From a virus (lineage: Duplodnaviria; Caudoviricetes): 56,306 bases of DNA. The position numbers and the translations under genes were made by a program. The DNA lies in the IMG/VR virus record IMGVR_UViG_3300027985_000330, positions 1 to 56,306 of that record; one strand, written 5' to 3'. A model generated the notes under the pieces. It was given only the letters and a program-made list of their open reading frames with translations. It was not told where the DNA came from and did not search any database. Shown in pieces: positions 10,991 through 20,973 of the stretch (its first letter is position 1; each line of letters starts with the position of its first letter).

Positions 10991-13617
10991 CCATTGTTGC
11001 GGTCGTAAAATCTACCTCGCGTCGGGACTGCGGCAGTCATCGGAAAAAATCCTAATGCCTTGATGATGGATGGTGCTGTTACACCGGACGCTGTTATTGC
11101 GTTAAATTGAGTCTGTGCAAACGTCGACTCCGACGAATAGTAGGTGATAGCATCTTTCAGGATCAGATTCCCGCTGCCATCCGCTGCACTATGATCCCAT
11201 TTGAGTGTCAGTGCCGTTCCGGGTGTGACCTCCGAACCATCCTCCAATATAGCTTCCCAATCGGTAGATGATACTCCAAAATCAGTCGTTGAGAGTGCGG
11301 CATTATTGTCCGGTATGATCTGGATTTCGCCGTTATTTGTTCGAGATCCAGCGACCCATTCAAACACATTACCATTAAGACCCATCACTCCATAAGCGGT
11401 ATTATCGTGACTCCATGCGTTATAGGGAGCCCCTGTAAGTGTGCGGATGTCGGTAGCATCATATGAGCCTGCAACAAGTGTTCCTTTTTCGGATGACACT
11501 GAGTAATCTGCACCATTGTTGTTATTCCCTCTCGGTTCGTGGGACAGACTTAATGAGCGGAGATAGAGGTATGACCACTCTGCATTGGTGATATGGTGGT
11601 ATCCAGTGCCGTTTTGGCGACAAATCGTGATAGACTCATCAAAATTAATATCCGCGACAGGATCAACCATCTTGAGTGATGCTATCCGATAAGCTGTATT
11701 TACTTTTGTAGATGTGTTGGCCACGATAGCACCGGTCGATACGTTGATCAAGACTCCCTCATATTTCGCCACATAAAACGCTGATTTGAGCACACCGCCA
11801 ACCGTCCATACTGGATGTTCCGATGAGTCTGAGTATCCAAGTTCGGTGAGGATTGGAGCTGATAATGGGTCTTGCGTTGGTGTGATTTTTACGTAGATGC
11901 CAGGCACGCCTTCGGCGGTAAATTTTACAGTGTTTCGCCCCCCTGAAATCGCCTCAAAAAATGAGGTGATAGTTGATTGGACTCCTGTGTCTGTGATCTT
12001 GTAACCGAGACTAGCAGCATACAAGGTAAGGGTCTCTTCGCTCGTTACATAGCTAGGAGCCGGGTTATCGACAAACTCAATATCGACAGTGATCGTTCCG
12101 TAGTAACTCGACAGCGGAGTAAATACAATCCTCCCATCTGTCCAATTCCAAGTGATGTTTGTAAGTGCGACAGTCGTCGGCTTTGTTGTTGTAGTAGTAA
12201 CTGATGCTGCGTAATAGTCGAGCACCGATCTATTACCGATCTTGAATGATCCCGCAGCGGCGTTGCGTATCACCATCGATTTAATAACGCGACCAGACTG
12301 CATCAGGTCAGCATTATTGAGGTGTAACGATGTAGTGGTTCCAGCCCATGATAGCGTGTAAGATCTGCGGTCGATAACCGCATCTATAGATGATTCAATT
12401 TCGCTATCTCTAGCAATAGTGCTTGCAATCCTCGCATCAGCAATCGTTCCTGTAGTAACATTATCTCCGTTGATTCCAGTTCCCACCTTCGATCCGCTCA
12501 AAGACCCATCAGCAAGATCGTCCAGATCAGCGTCATACGCTTGCACCGTTACCCCTATTGTCGATGATTGCAGAGCACTATCAGCCAAATCCAGCGATGC
12601 ATTTACGCTTGTATCTAGCTTTGTCTCATCAATAGATCCTGAAATTAATGATGCTGTCAAATCCTGTCCTGTTAACGCTAGATCAATCTCGCTCGAATCC
12701 GTCACTGTTACCGCAACGTGCCTTGCGCTTGTGTTGGCTGCAACGTCTGTGTTGTTGCTTACCTCAGTATCAAAGTCACTCACTTGCGATGCCGCGATAC
12801 TTAATGCGCTTGATCCTGCCCACGTTGTTGGATTGATTGCCGCCCATGCGGTCAAATCTGCATCTAATGGTTGATATACTGTGGATAAAGCGTTGATTGC
12901 GCTTGTGATTTCGCTGTCACGCGCAATTGTGCTAGCTATTCTTGCGTCTGCAAGCGTTCCGGTTGTGATATTGCTAGCGTTTGTGAAATAAGTTATAGGT
13001 TGGCCGCCTAGAGTCAATGCGTTTTTGTCCTGTAGCGACAACTCAATCTCACCAGAGCTGGAATGAACATATGTAACGCGACCAATCAATAATGGAATTG
13101 CAGGTGCGGTGCTAGTCCATGCCCCGGCAACAGATGATGATAGATATAATCTATCTCCAAGTGTATACATGCTAGTATTCAGATCGTGCAGCTTTCCCAA
13201 TTTCGTTATAATACCGTAGCTATTATTCGGTATAGTCATAGTTGTAACACCGATAACATCTGATATGTTATCAAGTGAGTCTGCAATCGCGGGAGAAACT
13301 GTATTTCTACCACCAATCGAACCAGTTACTTTTACAATCGTTCCATTTGGAATTGTCGATCCTGTATTATTTCGAACAACCTCTGTAAACTCCTGACCAA
13401 TCGTTTGAATAACTCCATCGTATCCTGTTATTACCTCGAATGCAGCGTCATTTGAATTCCACGAAACTCGGTCAACAAATTCTGCCATCACAGCAGAGTT
13501 TCCAACTCGATACGCTTCTTCATGTTGTGCAAATGTATAATCGCTCGCTTTATAGGTTACGGCGTTTAATGAAACACTAAAAAGCAATGATGATAAAATG
13601 TATTTTAATTTATTCAT
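10861..13617 (-). CDS. Tail fibre / receptor-binding protein with C-terminal CLec (FGE/Mtd-like) domain
   Basis: FYVAKYE, HHITNAEW, GLNGNVFEW, RLPLRGGTW...GVRSAF motifs; N-terminal signal-like stretch; internal repeats. Confidence 0.85.
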   Translation of the reverse strand: MNKLKYILSSLLFSVSLNAVTYKASDYTFAQHEEAYRVGNSAVMAEFVDRVSWNSNDAAFEVITGYDGVIQTIGQEFTEVVRNNTGSTIPNGTIVKVTGSIGGRNTVSPAIADSLDNISDVIGVTTMTIPNNSYGIITKLGKLHDLNTSMYTLGDRLYLSSSVAGAWTSTAPAIPLLIGRVTYVHSSSGEIELSLQDKNALTLGGQPITYFTNASNITTGTLADARIASTIARDSEITSAINALSTVYQPLDADLTAWAAINPTTWAGSSALSIAASQVSDFDTEVSNNTDVAANTSARHVAVTVTDSSEIDLALTGQDLTASLISGSIDETKLDTSVNASLDLADSALQSSTIGVTVQAYDADLDDLADGSLSGSKVGTGINGDNVTTGTIADARIASTIARDSEIESSIDAVIDRRSYTLSWAGTTTSLHLNNADLMQSGRVIKSMVIRNAAAGSFKIGNRSVLDYYAASVTTTTTKPTTVALTNITWNWTDGRIVFTPLSSYYGTITVDIEFVDNPAPSYVTSEETLTLYAASLGYKITDTGVQSTITSFFEAISGGRNTVKFTAEGVPGIYVKITPTQDPLSAPILTELGYSDSSEHPVWTVGGVLKSAFYVAKYEGVLINVSTGAIVANTSTKVNTAYRIASLKMVDPVADINFDESITICRQNGTGYHHITNAEWSYLYLRSLSLSHEPRGNNNNGADYSVSSEKGTLVAGSYDATDIRTLTGAPYNAWSHDNTAYGVMGLNGNVFEWVAGSRTNNGEIQIIPDNNAALSTTDFGVSSTDWEAILEDGSEVTPGTALTLKWDHSAADGSGNLILKDAITYYSSESTFAQTQFNAITASGVTAPSIIKALGFFPMTAAVPTRGRFYDRNNGERLPLRGGTWISGSAAGVAALYNGYTRSARYGIVGVRSAFVE

Positions 13618-13618
13618 A

Positions 13619-14122
13619 TTAGCTTAAAAATATAGGAATTGAACCATCTGATGTAATTGTTATATAGTCATCGCTTGTTACATCGATATAACATTCAAGA
13701 TTCGGAATAACCATTGCGTAATTGCATGAAAACAACCAATTTCCGTGGCTGTCGTCTTGTTTACCGAGTGAAATAATATCGCTCTGTTGATTAATTGTCT
13801 GAATAATATAATTATCTGATCCGAGTGTAACGGCCTGCCATGCAATTTGAGATATGACTACGTTTGTAGCGTGTGCTTTTGAATAAACAGTCGAATAGTT
13901 TAGTCCACGAAATAAGATTTGAATGCCCTTGTAGAATAACGTATCTCCGGAATGCGTGCGTTGAAACTGAATTCCAGCAGTGTCATAAATCGACATTGTA
14001 TCATTTTGAGAGTATTCATCGGGTAAATAATTCAACCAACAATACCACGTCGCTGACTGTGATGAATCTGCAACGCTATCGTCAACTAATGCTTGTCTAA
14101 GTATGTGTGATGCCGGATACAT
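13619..14122 (-). CDS. Tail terminator / minor capsid-type neck protein
   Basis: SIYDTAG...GIQILFRG..Y and FSCNY pattern; neck gene position. Confidence 0.65.
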   Translation of the reverse strand: MYPASHILRQALVDDSVADSSQSATWYCWLNYLPDEYSQNDTMSIYDTAGIQFQRTHSGDTLFYKGIQILFRGLNYSTVYSKAHATNVVISQIAWQAVTLGSDNYIIQTINQQSDIISLGKQDDSHGNWLFSCNYAMVIPNLECYIDVTSDDYITITSDGSIPIFLS

Positions 14123-14607
14123 TATTTATATAACTCCTGTTTGCCTTCATCCCCAAGACTAACAGATTGAACGATTGAGTCCTTTATGATTTGATTCATT
14201 TTTGCCCTGTTTTGAGCATCTTTCATAGGATCTTCCAAAAATTTGTTCTTTCCGCGTGGTTGAGGATCCCAATATCTACCTTTTTTACGAATACCATCTA
14301 CATAATAACCTTGTCTCGGTTCTCCCTTATGCTTCATTGGCATTTCGTGGACTGCTGCCGCATATTCAGCGGTATAACCAACGTAAATTGATGAATTTAA
14401 AAGGTTTCCTTCTCTTCTAGTAAATGCGCTTGCTCTGAGGTGTCCTAAATCAACAGGAACTTGCTTCATAGATTCCCGTTGCAGAAAAAGCCCAGATCGC
14501 TTTAGCCCCACAGAAACACCGCGTTGGATATCGCGTCTAGAACGATCTATTCCAGCCATTACTTGCTTGAACCCGTCGAATTCAAATGTTTTTGTTTTGT
14601 CAGCCAT
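14122..14607 (-). CDS. HK97 gp10-like tail completion protein
   Basis: VPVDLGHLRAS, YAAAVHE, KFLEDP motifs. Confidence 0.8.
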   Translation of the reverse strand: MADKTKTFEFDGFKQVMAGIDRSRRDIQRGVSVGLKRSGLFLQRESMKQVPVDLGHLRASAFTRREGNLLNSSIYVGYTAEYAAAVHEMPMKHKGEPRQGYYVDGIRKKGRYWDPQPRGKNKFLEDPMKDAQNRAKMNQIIKDSIVQSVSLGDEGKQELYK

Positions 14608-14951
14608 TACAAATAAGCAGTTCTTAGATATTCATTATATCGAAGCGTTGGAACCTTTTCGAATTTCTTAACTTGGAATGCACCGCTATTTGATTGCGGA
14701 ATACTTTCGCTTGTCAAATCTTGAATAGTCCCGTCAAATAACCAATCACCCGTTGACATATCGCGATCAACATAAACCGTCGAGTTGCTCATCCATTTTT
14801 CACCTTTATCAGATTGATGCAATGATTCTATCCATTCCCATCGAACGCTAATTTGAACGGGAGACGCAAAAGTCCATTGACCATAAGCATCTCTAGTGCT
14901 TCTAGCCCAATAAACCGCTGTTCCCTTGCGCATTCGTGTAATTAAGCTCAT
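14607..14951 (-). CDS. Head closure / head-tail joining protein
   Basis: DAYGQWTFASPVQISVRWE; neck position. Confidence 0.65.
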   Translation of the reverse strand: MSLITRMRKGTAVYWARSTRDAYGQWTFASPVQISVRWEWIESLHQSDKGEKWMSNSTVYVDRDMSTGDWLFDGTIQDLTSESIPQSNSGAFQVKKFEKVPTLRYNEYLRTAYL

Positions 14952-15364
14952 TACGTTAAATCTAAAAGCGATTCTTGTTCGTCTGTGAGTGTCCCTAAAA
15001 ATATAAAGGCTGGAGTTCCTGCATTCCCATCAACAACCGCTTTGTCATGAGATGCTAAACTTCCCGCTGTATCTAATCGCATTGCGGTTTGACCGTAAAA
15101 CGAACTGTTTAAACCTAAATCCGTTGCATCTTGTTTTGTCTCGCTAACGGTTGCAGCTTTTTCAGCTTTTGCGCGTGGTTTGTAATTCGTATAAAAATGA
15201 GCAGATAACCAGCGTTCTATTAATTCAAGTCTCGTATCGCTATAACCGCTATTTGTGCATAATTCTGTAACCATTTCATTTGCTACAGAAATAAACGCTG
15301 TTAAATCATCACCATCATCTATTTCTATAATCAATGCAACGTTAGCTTGTGATGTTCTAGCCAT
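14951..15364 (-). CDS. Head-tail adaptor
   Basis: LELIERWLSAHF, GLNSSFYGQTAMRLD motifs. Confidence 0.7.
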   Translation of the reverse strand: MARTSQANVALIIEIDDGDDLTAFISVANEMVTELCTNSGYSDTRLELIERWLSAHFYTNYKPRAKAEKAATVSETKQDATDLGLNSSFYGQTAMRLDTAGSLASHDKAVVDGNAGTPAFIFLGTLTDEQESLLDLT

Positions 15365-15591
15365 TAGAGATTCCCCTTGCTTAATCTTTTATCGTGATCT
15401 CTTATATCAATCTTTGTTTCATTTATACTGTTTGCAAATGCAATCTGATTATTTTCAACAACGGCTAATCTCGTTTCATGATCTACCAACCTAAGCATTC
15501 CCCATGCTAAAATTCCTGTCATTATTGGTAGTGTTACAATAATGACTATGCTAGATAGTAATCTTATCATTTCTTTGTCTTGCAGGCTCAT
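15364..15591 (-). CDS. Small single-TM membrane protein (holin-like)
   Basis: One hydrophobic helix followed by a coiled coil (HETRLAVVE). Confidence 0.4.
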   Translation of the reverse strand: MSLQDKEMIRLLSSIVIIVTLPIMTGILAWGMLRLVDHETRLAVVENNQIAFANSINETKIDIRDHDKRLSKGNL

Positions 15592-16214
15592 AAATAATCT
15601 TCAGGTAATGCTTTTGGAAATATATCCAATGCGGATTCAGGATTTAAGTTTATAATTTCAGCATCATGAAAAACAATGTTTAATGTTCGTTTAATGTGAC
15701 AAAATCCCTCAGTGAATTGAGAGAATACCTGCTGCCGTTCTTTTAGATCGTTATCCACATACCAATCGACGGATTTCCCATCTGGTGCATTACAATCAAT
15801 CCCTAGCAGAAATATGCGGCTCGCCCCAAGAATCAGAGCCATATTTATAGCACTTGCCCCGCTGCTCCAATTGTATCCAATCGCGTCCCTATAGAGCCCT
15901 GAAAGCTTTCGCGGATACCAATTAAGCCAAGATTCAGGTCTACACTTTAATGCGCTATTATGCGTCAATATTAGACCTCCGTGAGCCGCTAATCCATCGT
16001 AGTGCGTAGTGAAAAAATCATGCGCTTTAGCTGGATTGTAATCGCTGAAAAATACGCAATTACAAATATCTTTACCGAGCTTATATGCGTAATTTGTTCC
16101 GATTGTATTCTTTCCACGTAACCGCTCAAAATCGAATCCAGACAATGAAGTGCCACCGCCTATAATATAAACGTCTTGTCCTTCATATCGTTTATCTGGA
16201 TTCCAAAGCGGCAT
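15588..16214 (-). CDS. MptE/DUF115-like Rossmann-type protein (glycosyltransferase-like)
   Basis: YIIGGGTSL, IGTN, SSGASAINMALILGASRIFLLGID motifs. Confidence 0.7.
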   Translation of the reverse strand: MPLWNPDKRYEGQDVYIIGGGTSLSGFDFERLRGKNTIGTNYAYKLGKDICNCVFFSDYNPAKAHDFFTTHYDGLAAHGGLILTHNSALKCRPESWLNWYPRKLSGLYRDAIGYNWSSGASAINMALILGASRIFLLGIDCNAPDGKSVDWYVDNDLKERQQVFSQFTEGFCHIKRTLNIVFHDAEIINLNPESALDIFPKALPEDYL

Positions 16215-16216
16215 AA

Positions 16217-16645
16217 TTACTCAACTCCGTTTACGTAGTTATTTATAAATTGCTCAAGCTCGCTTTCTCGTAGCTTTTTTGAGTTTACTACTTTGTCACC
16301 GTCATCAGGATCGATAACGTTAAACCATCCGCGACCAAGATCGACAATTGATAAACCCGCCTCATCGGCAAATGGATATTTCTTCACCTCAGTATCTACA
16401 GTTACCGCAACTTCTTCTTTAGTTTCTTCTGCTTTTACGTTTGCGGTTGTTTCGTTATTTATAACAACTTGCAATACGGTTTTTACTTCATTGCGAGCTA
16501 AAAATTCAGCTTCTAGTTCAAATTTCGCGGGATATACTTTGTCTAGCTCGATAACGGTTTCAATTACATCACCGCTAACGAATTTTTTACCGAACATATA
16601 ATGCTCAGCGCAATTCGGTTTTAATTTATATTTTTGTGTGTTCAT
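16217..16645 (-). CDS. Hypothetical head-associated protein
   Basis: Directly downstream of major capsid gene; AAGGAA RBS. Confidence 0.5.
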   Translation of the reverse strand: MNTQKYKLKPNCAEHYMFGKKFVSGDVIETVIELDKVYPAKFELEAEFLARNEVKTVLQVVINNETTANVKAEETKEEVAVTVDTEVKKYPFADEAGLSIVDLGRGWFNVIDPDDGDKVVNSKKLRESELEQFINNYVNGVE

Positions 16646-16660
16646 GTTTCCTTTTAATAC

Positions 16661-16703
16661 AAAAAAAATAAAAATGAGCCGGAAAGATCGTCAATCCGGC
16701 TCA
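16661..16703 (-). terminator. Rho-independent terminator after major capsid gene
   Basis: TGAGCCGGA...TCCGGCTCA stem followed by T-rich tract on minus strand. Confidence 0.7.
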
Positions 16704-16715
16704 AAATATAAGCAA

Positions 16716-17750
16716 TTAGGAGATTGATCCGTAAATTGCACCAGTTTTACCCGCATAATCTGCACGGAACTGTGGAACCTTGATGCCCATTACCTTGAAG
16801 TGTGCATCCATTCCGCCCTGCTCAAACCATTGCAATGTAGTGATTGCCATACCGTTTACAGTGCGGTTGAAATCTTCATTCGGAGCAAGAATGATAACAT
16901 CAAACTTAGCGTCAGAAAGAAGCGGAATTTCTTCAATACTTCCAATATCGGAATGCTCCTTCAAACGCATCAATAGAGTCTTGTTTGCGTAATTAGAGCT
17001 GTAATCAAGATTCATATACTTTGACCATGCAGCTGCCATATAAACCTTAAATGGACCACGTTGCAGATGCGTAGTTTTCAGAATATCAATCATTGTATTG
17101 ATTTCCTGATAGGTAGTAGCAGGAGTCCATGCAATAGCAGTCGGAGCTGTCAAGTCGTTCTTGGTAGCCGTTGAACCAGCAACCTTTACACCAGCAACAT
17201 CATAGCCATTAAACTTCTGAGCAGCAATATTACCCAAGTGACTGTTTTCTATCAATTCTGCAACGGCATAAGTTGCGTCCTTGATGCGACGGGTTTCCAA
17301 CGGAATACCAAAACGACGTGCCATTCTCAATTCACGATATGGAAATGAGAAATCGCTCGATGTAATAACTAACGGAACTGAATCGTCTTCGTAGACGGTG
17401 CGATCGCCATTTGATTTTTGCAAACCGCTCATACTTTGGACTGCTTCTCCGCTAGAACTTGCCTTTTGAGATAGCAAGATTCCAATATCGAAACCGTTCG
17501 GAATGTTTTTAACCAATCCAGCATTCTGCATTGATGTAACAAACGGAAGTTCTTTGCGAACCAATTCAGCAACCGTATCGTCGATCATCTTCCATTCTTC
17601 ATGGAGAAGGGTTGCATCGGCATTCCATGCGAGAGTTTTCCCGTTGTTTGCCGTGTAATAAGATTTATTGTCTGAGTGAACAAATGGGCGAAGAATGTTC
17701 ATGTCTCCGTCATTATTCAACAGCATATTCAAAATGTTTTGATAGCTCAT
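16716..17750 (-). CDS. Major capsid protein (HK97 fold, encapsulin/linocin-like family)
   Basis: ATLLHEEWKMIDDTV, VPLVITSSDFSFPYREL, FKVMGIKVPQFRAD; position after decoration and protease genes. Confidence 0.85.
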   Translation of the reverse strand: MSYQNILNMLLNNDGDMNILRPFVHSDNKSYYTANNGKTLAWNADATLLHEEWKMIDDTVAELVRKELPFVTSMQNAGLVKNIPNGFDIGILLSQKASSSGEAVQSMSGLQKSNGDRTVYEDDSVPLVITSSDFSFPYRELRMARRFGIPLETRRIKDATYAVAELIENSHLGNIAAQKFNGYDVAGVKVAGSTATKNDLTAPTAIAWTPATTYQEINTMIDILKTTHLQRGPFKVYMAAAWSKYMNLDYSSNYANKTLLMRLKEHSDIGSIEEIPLLSDAKFDVIILAPNEDFNRTVNGMAITTLQWFEQGGMDAHFKVMGIKVPQFRADYAGKTGAIYGSIS

Positions 17751-17759
17751 AAATTTTCC

Positions 17760-18209
17760 TTACTTAATACGAACTGGAGTGCGAGTTGCAACCGCTCCAG
17801 ATGCAGTCAAATCAACTGCCTCGGTAGCTACTGCAATAACATCTTTAACGACTCCGCCTGACGTCGCATCCGCAACACCCTTGAGAGTTCCGTCACCTGC
17901 TGAAATCAGCTTTTCACCAACAACAACACCAACGCCAGCTTTGATATACATGTATGCAACATCTCCACTACGAAGTGCTTTTACGACAACTTCGTCATTT
18001 GCGGCATATGCGTCATCAATCGATTTCCCGCTATAAACAAGCTCAGATGCAACAAACCGTTCAGCATATCCGCCTTCGGTTGAATGTTTCTGCACTTTTC
18101 CAGCGGATGTCACCTCAACGAGATGTCCAGGGGTGATTGCAGCAGCGGCAATCTTTGTGAACTCTAATTCATCCCTCTTTAGAAGGATCATTTTTTTGGT
18201 CGTAGCCAT
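17760..18209 (-). CDS. Capsid decoration / cement protein
   Basis: AAAAITPGHLV, LISAGDGTL, VATEAVD motifs. Confidence 0.75.
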   Translation of the reverse strand: MATTKKMILLKRDELEFTKIAAAAITPGHLVEVTSAGKVQKHSTEGGYAERFVASELVYSGKSIDDAYAANDEVVVKALRSGDVAYMYIKAGVGVVVGEKLISAGDGTLKGVADATSGGVVKDVIAVATEAVDLTASGAVATRTPVRIK

Positions 18210-18222
18210 TTTTATTTAGTTG

Positions 18223-19614
18223 TTAATTTTTTGGAAGATCTAGTTTCGGCAATGTAGGTTCTGACTCATTTTCGACAGGATCCACACTTCCGGCAAAGTT
18301 TTGATTTTTCGCCTTGACTACAAGCGAAACCATTTTGTTTAATCTTTCCAAAGATTCAGCATTAAGCTCATCTTCAGAAAAAAGGTTGTTTTCAGCGGAA
18401 AGAATCTTCTTGACAACGGCCTGTTTTTCTTCGTCTAGTTTCTTCAGTCCATTTTCGACAAGCGATTTCAGGGCATCGTCTGCAATAGCTTCAATCAGAT
18501 CCTCGCGGGTATTGATCGCCTGTTTCACCTCAACCGTTTTCTCCACCGTGACCTCTTTAATCTGAGGTTCAGCGTTCAACGCATTGAGGATATATTCATC
18601 TGCCTTCATCAATGATTCGCGCTTGTCTTCCGACCATCCGCGATTCTTAATGAGAGCATTTACAATTTCGGATTTCTCCATGTTTGTTTTCTCCTCTATG
18701 TTGTTTTTGGCTGAGTTGCCGACAAAAGCACCGTCAACCGTTCGATATTCTGTTATGCGAATGACCTTTTCGGGTTCGCCTTCAAAAATTACATTGTCCG
18801 CTTCAAGCCTATATTTACGCTTTCCGCATCCGTTTTTATCTTCGTAAATAAAAAATTGAGATTGCGAATAAACAGCTTCAATCCACACCCATTCGTCTGG
18901 TTTGTTTGCGTATTCCTCTCTAATCGCTCTGGTTAGCAAGTCACGCAAATGCGAATCCGACATTTCATTACATGCCGAACTGAAATAAATATGTTCGCTC
19001 ATTGTTTTATCGTCTTCCGTTTTTTCGTTGCGAACAAGCCCAGCCCCGTCAGCAATACTACTAGCTCCGATTGAATCTGGTAATATAGCGAGGTGATCAG
19101 GCACAATATCACGCGCAATTCCATTATATTTAACTCCATTGAATTCCCCTTCCTTTCCCTCGAACTTGAACCAGAGTCCAGTCGATACTTCAACCATCTG
19201 GCGATTCTTGATTGCTTCTAAAATACGAGAATCAATCTTCTGAACACGCGATTCTTTGAGCCATGTTTCGGACACAAGCCGCGTAAGTCCATTCGGCCCC
19301 TTATTATCGGAACCTGTATTCATCAACTGCCCGATTCCGTTGCTATCACGGTATGCTTTTGTTGTTGCAGTTTCTCCCGCTGGATGATTTACTACCACAG
19401 GTTTGGAATTCCATGCACTCGGAAGTGATGCTATTTCATCTTTGACATAGAGTATCGGCCCAGCTGATCCACTTAGGACTCCCTCGACTATCATCACAAC
19501 CGGCACAACTAGATATTGTTCATCCTCAAGTGTTTCATATCGGACAAGATCAAATCGAGCGTTACCCGTTAATTGCGCAAATTGTGTTTCGTTCTGCAAC
19601 GATTGTTTACCCAT
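18223..19614 (-). CDS. DUF2213-like head maturation protease with scaffold tail
   Basis: VVVNHP, EVSTG, PDHLAIL...GASSIADGAG; C-terminal charged helical region. Confidence 0.8.
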   Translation of the reverse strand: MGKQSLQNETQFAQLTGNARFDLVRYETLEDEQYLVVPVVMIVEGVLSGSAGPILYVKDEIASLPSAWNSKPVVVNHPAGETATTKAYRDSNGIGQLMNTGSDNKGPNGLTRLVSETWLKESRVQKIDSRILEAIKNRQMVEVSTGLWFKFEGKEGEFNGVKYNGIARDIVPDHLAILPDSIGASSIADGAGLVRNEKTEDDKTMSEHIYFSSACNEMSDSHLRDLLTRAIREEYANKPDEWVWIEAVYSQSQFFIYEDKNGCGKRKYRLEADNVIFEGEPEKVIRITEYRTVDGAFVGNSAKNNIEEKTNMEKSEIVNALIKNRGWSEDKRESLMKADEYILNALNAEPQIKEVTVEKTVEVKQAINTREDLIEAIADDALKSLVENGLKKLDEEKQAVVKKILSAENNLFSEDELNAESLERLNKMVSLVVKAKNQNFAGSVDPVENESEPTLPKLDLPKN

Positions 19615-19691
19615 TATAATTAGCTAATGTCGACTAGTATATAAATGTTCACTCATTTGTCAAATGCATTAAATCTTTTTATGTAAATACG

Positions 19692-19718
19692 AAAAAACCG
19701 CTACCTTTCGATAGCGGC
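19692..19718 (-). terminator. Rho-independent terminator
   Basis: CCGCTA..TAGCGG stem followed by T6 on minus strand. Confidence 0.55.
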
Positions 19719-20177
19719 TATCTTTATTTTTTGTATTTAATACTATTTAACGATTATTCGAAATGCGAATCTTTTGATCGCCATAAATTTTCTTTGCCTC
19801 AACGATGGCTTTTCTCTGAGATTCTGCTTTTACGCTCTGTCCGCATAGCCAAATTCCAGATTGATTGCTACGCATTACATTCAGTTCGTCTGGGGTTAAG
19901 CCTTCGGTTTTGTAGTAGTCGATTTCGTAGGTTTTCATAGTTTTCTTTCTTTTATGATTTTCAATAATTGTATAATCATTCAACAAAACAACTAAGTCAA
20001 CACTTTTTTTAAAAAAATACAAAAAAAGACCGTCCATTTCTGAACGGCCTACTCCTTTAAATTCAAACAAAATTCATTTTATACTTTTATAATCGTTCTT
20101 AACTCGTTTTTTACTCTCTTTCTATTTTAAGTTATTGTTTATGTTTATGTGTTTTTCAACGTTTTTGTTGAAAGTGT

Positions 20178-20276
20178 TGGCAATCGGCAGGACTTGAACC
20201 TGCATAGTCTCCAGACAATTACGGAATCGAACCGTATTACCCGTCGGTAGCGTCTTCCAATTCCGCCACGATTACC
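20178..20276 (-). ncRNA. tRNA-like RNA with non-canonical central region
   Basis: Acceptor GGTAATCG/CGATTGCC, D arm GCG-GAATTGGAAGA-CGC, T arm GCAGG-TTCAAGT-CCTGC; three internal hairpins instead of one anticodon arm. Confidence 0.7.
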
Positions 20277-20568
20277 GTAAAATCGATTAATCTTCTAGGA
20301 GAAATGAAGAAATTCCAAGAAAATTAATAATTCAAAGAACAATCCGGTATTGCCTGACCGGACACAGGTTTCCTGCTTTTATATGCTTACGGAAACTTGC
20401 GATGAAAATAACAAGGATACAAAACCCGACATATTACAAGCTATGCTTTGACGCACGTTAGAACCCCATACTAACGCTAAAGCTAAAAATCCAATGATAA
20501 AAAAGATTGCACTCAATCTTAAAAGATCAATCTGGGATTCTTTTCTGTGGTCTTTCATTTTCATTTTT

Positions 20569-20973
20569 CTACAATGTAATAATCTTTCCAGAAAAATCAA
20601 TCTTATTTTTCACAATTCCGATAAAATTATTGCGCGTAACTGCATAGTAATCAAGCGATTGATTGTTGTCGCCCTTTGTTCGAATGACTCCATCACCTAC
20701 GCTGATAATACGATGCACGATTAATTCATATGGTTGTCCTATGGTGCGATTTGTTTTGAAAACAATCACATCTCCGACAGAAGCCGAATTAAAATCAGAT
20801 GTCAAATCAATCGTAACATGCTCACCGCTTTTTATCGTCGGATACATTGAATTGCCATCGACTTGCAGCGTTATAGATTCTCGTCCGTCAAGCATGTCAT
20901 CAACGCTTCCGCTTTCGCACGACACAAACCAAAAGCAGGCTGCCATTAAAATAACTGTGATTAGTCGTTCCAT
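20569..20973 (-). CDS. Signal peptidase I-like (S26, SipW/ER-type Ser-His) lipoprotein
   Basis: GNSMYPTI, GDVIVF, IVHRI, TKGDNN; N-terminal lipobox-like FVSC. Confidence 0.8.
   Translation of the reverse strand: MERLITVILMAACFWFVSCESGSVDDMLDGRESITLQVDGNSMYPTIKSGEHVTIDLTSDFNSASVGDVIVFKTNRTIGQPYELIVHRIISVGDGVIRTKGDNNQSLDYYAVTRNNFIGIVKNKIDFSGKIITL

Noticed and set aside
16716-17750. Bacterial encapsulin nanocompartment
   Set aside because: Flanked by protease, decoration and neck genes, so it is the phage capsid
20178-20276. tRNA-Sec or UGA suppressor explaining the in-frame TGAs
   Set aside because: 8/5 stem geometry is suggestive, but no loop presents a UCA anticodon and the D arm is not Sec-like
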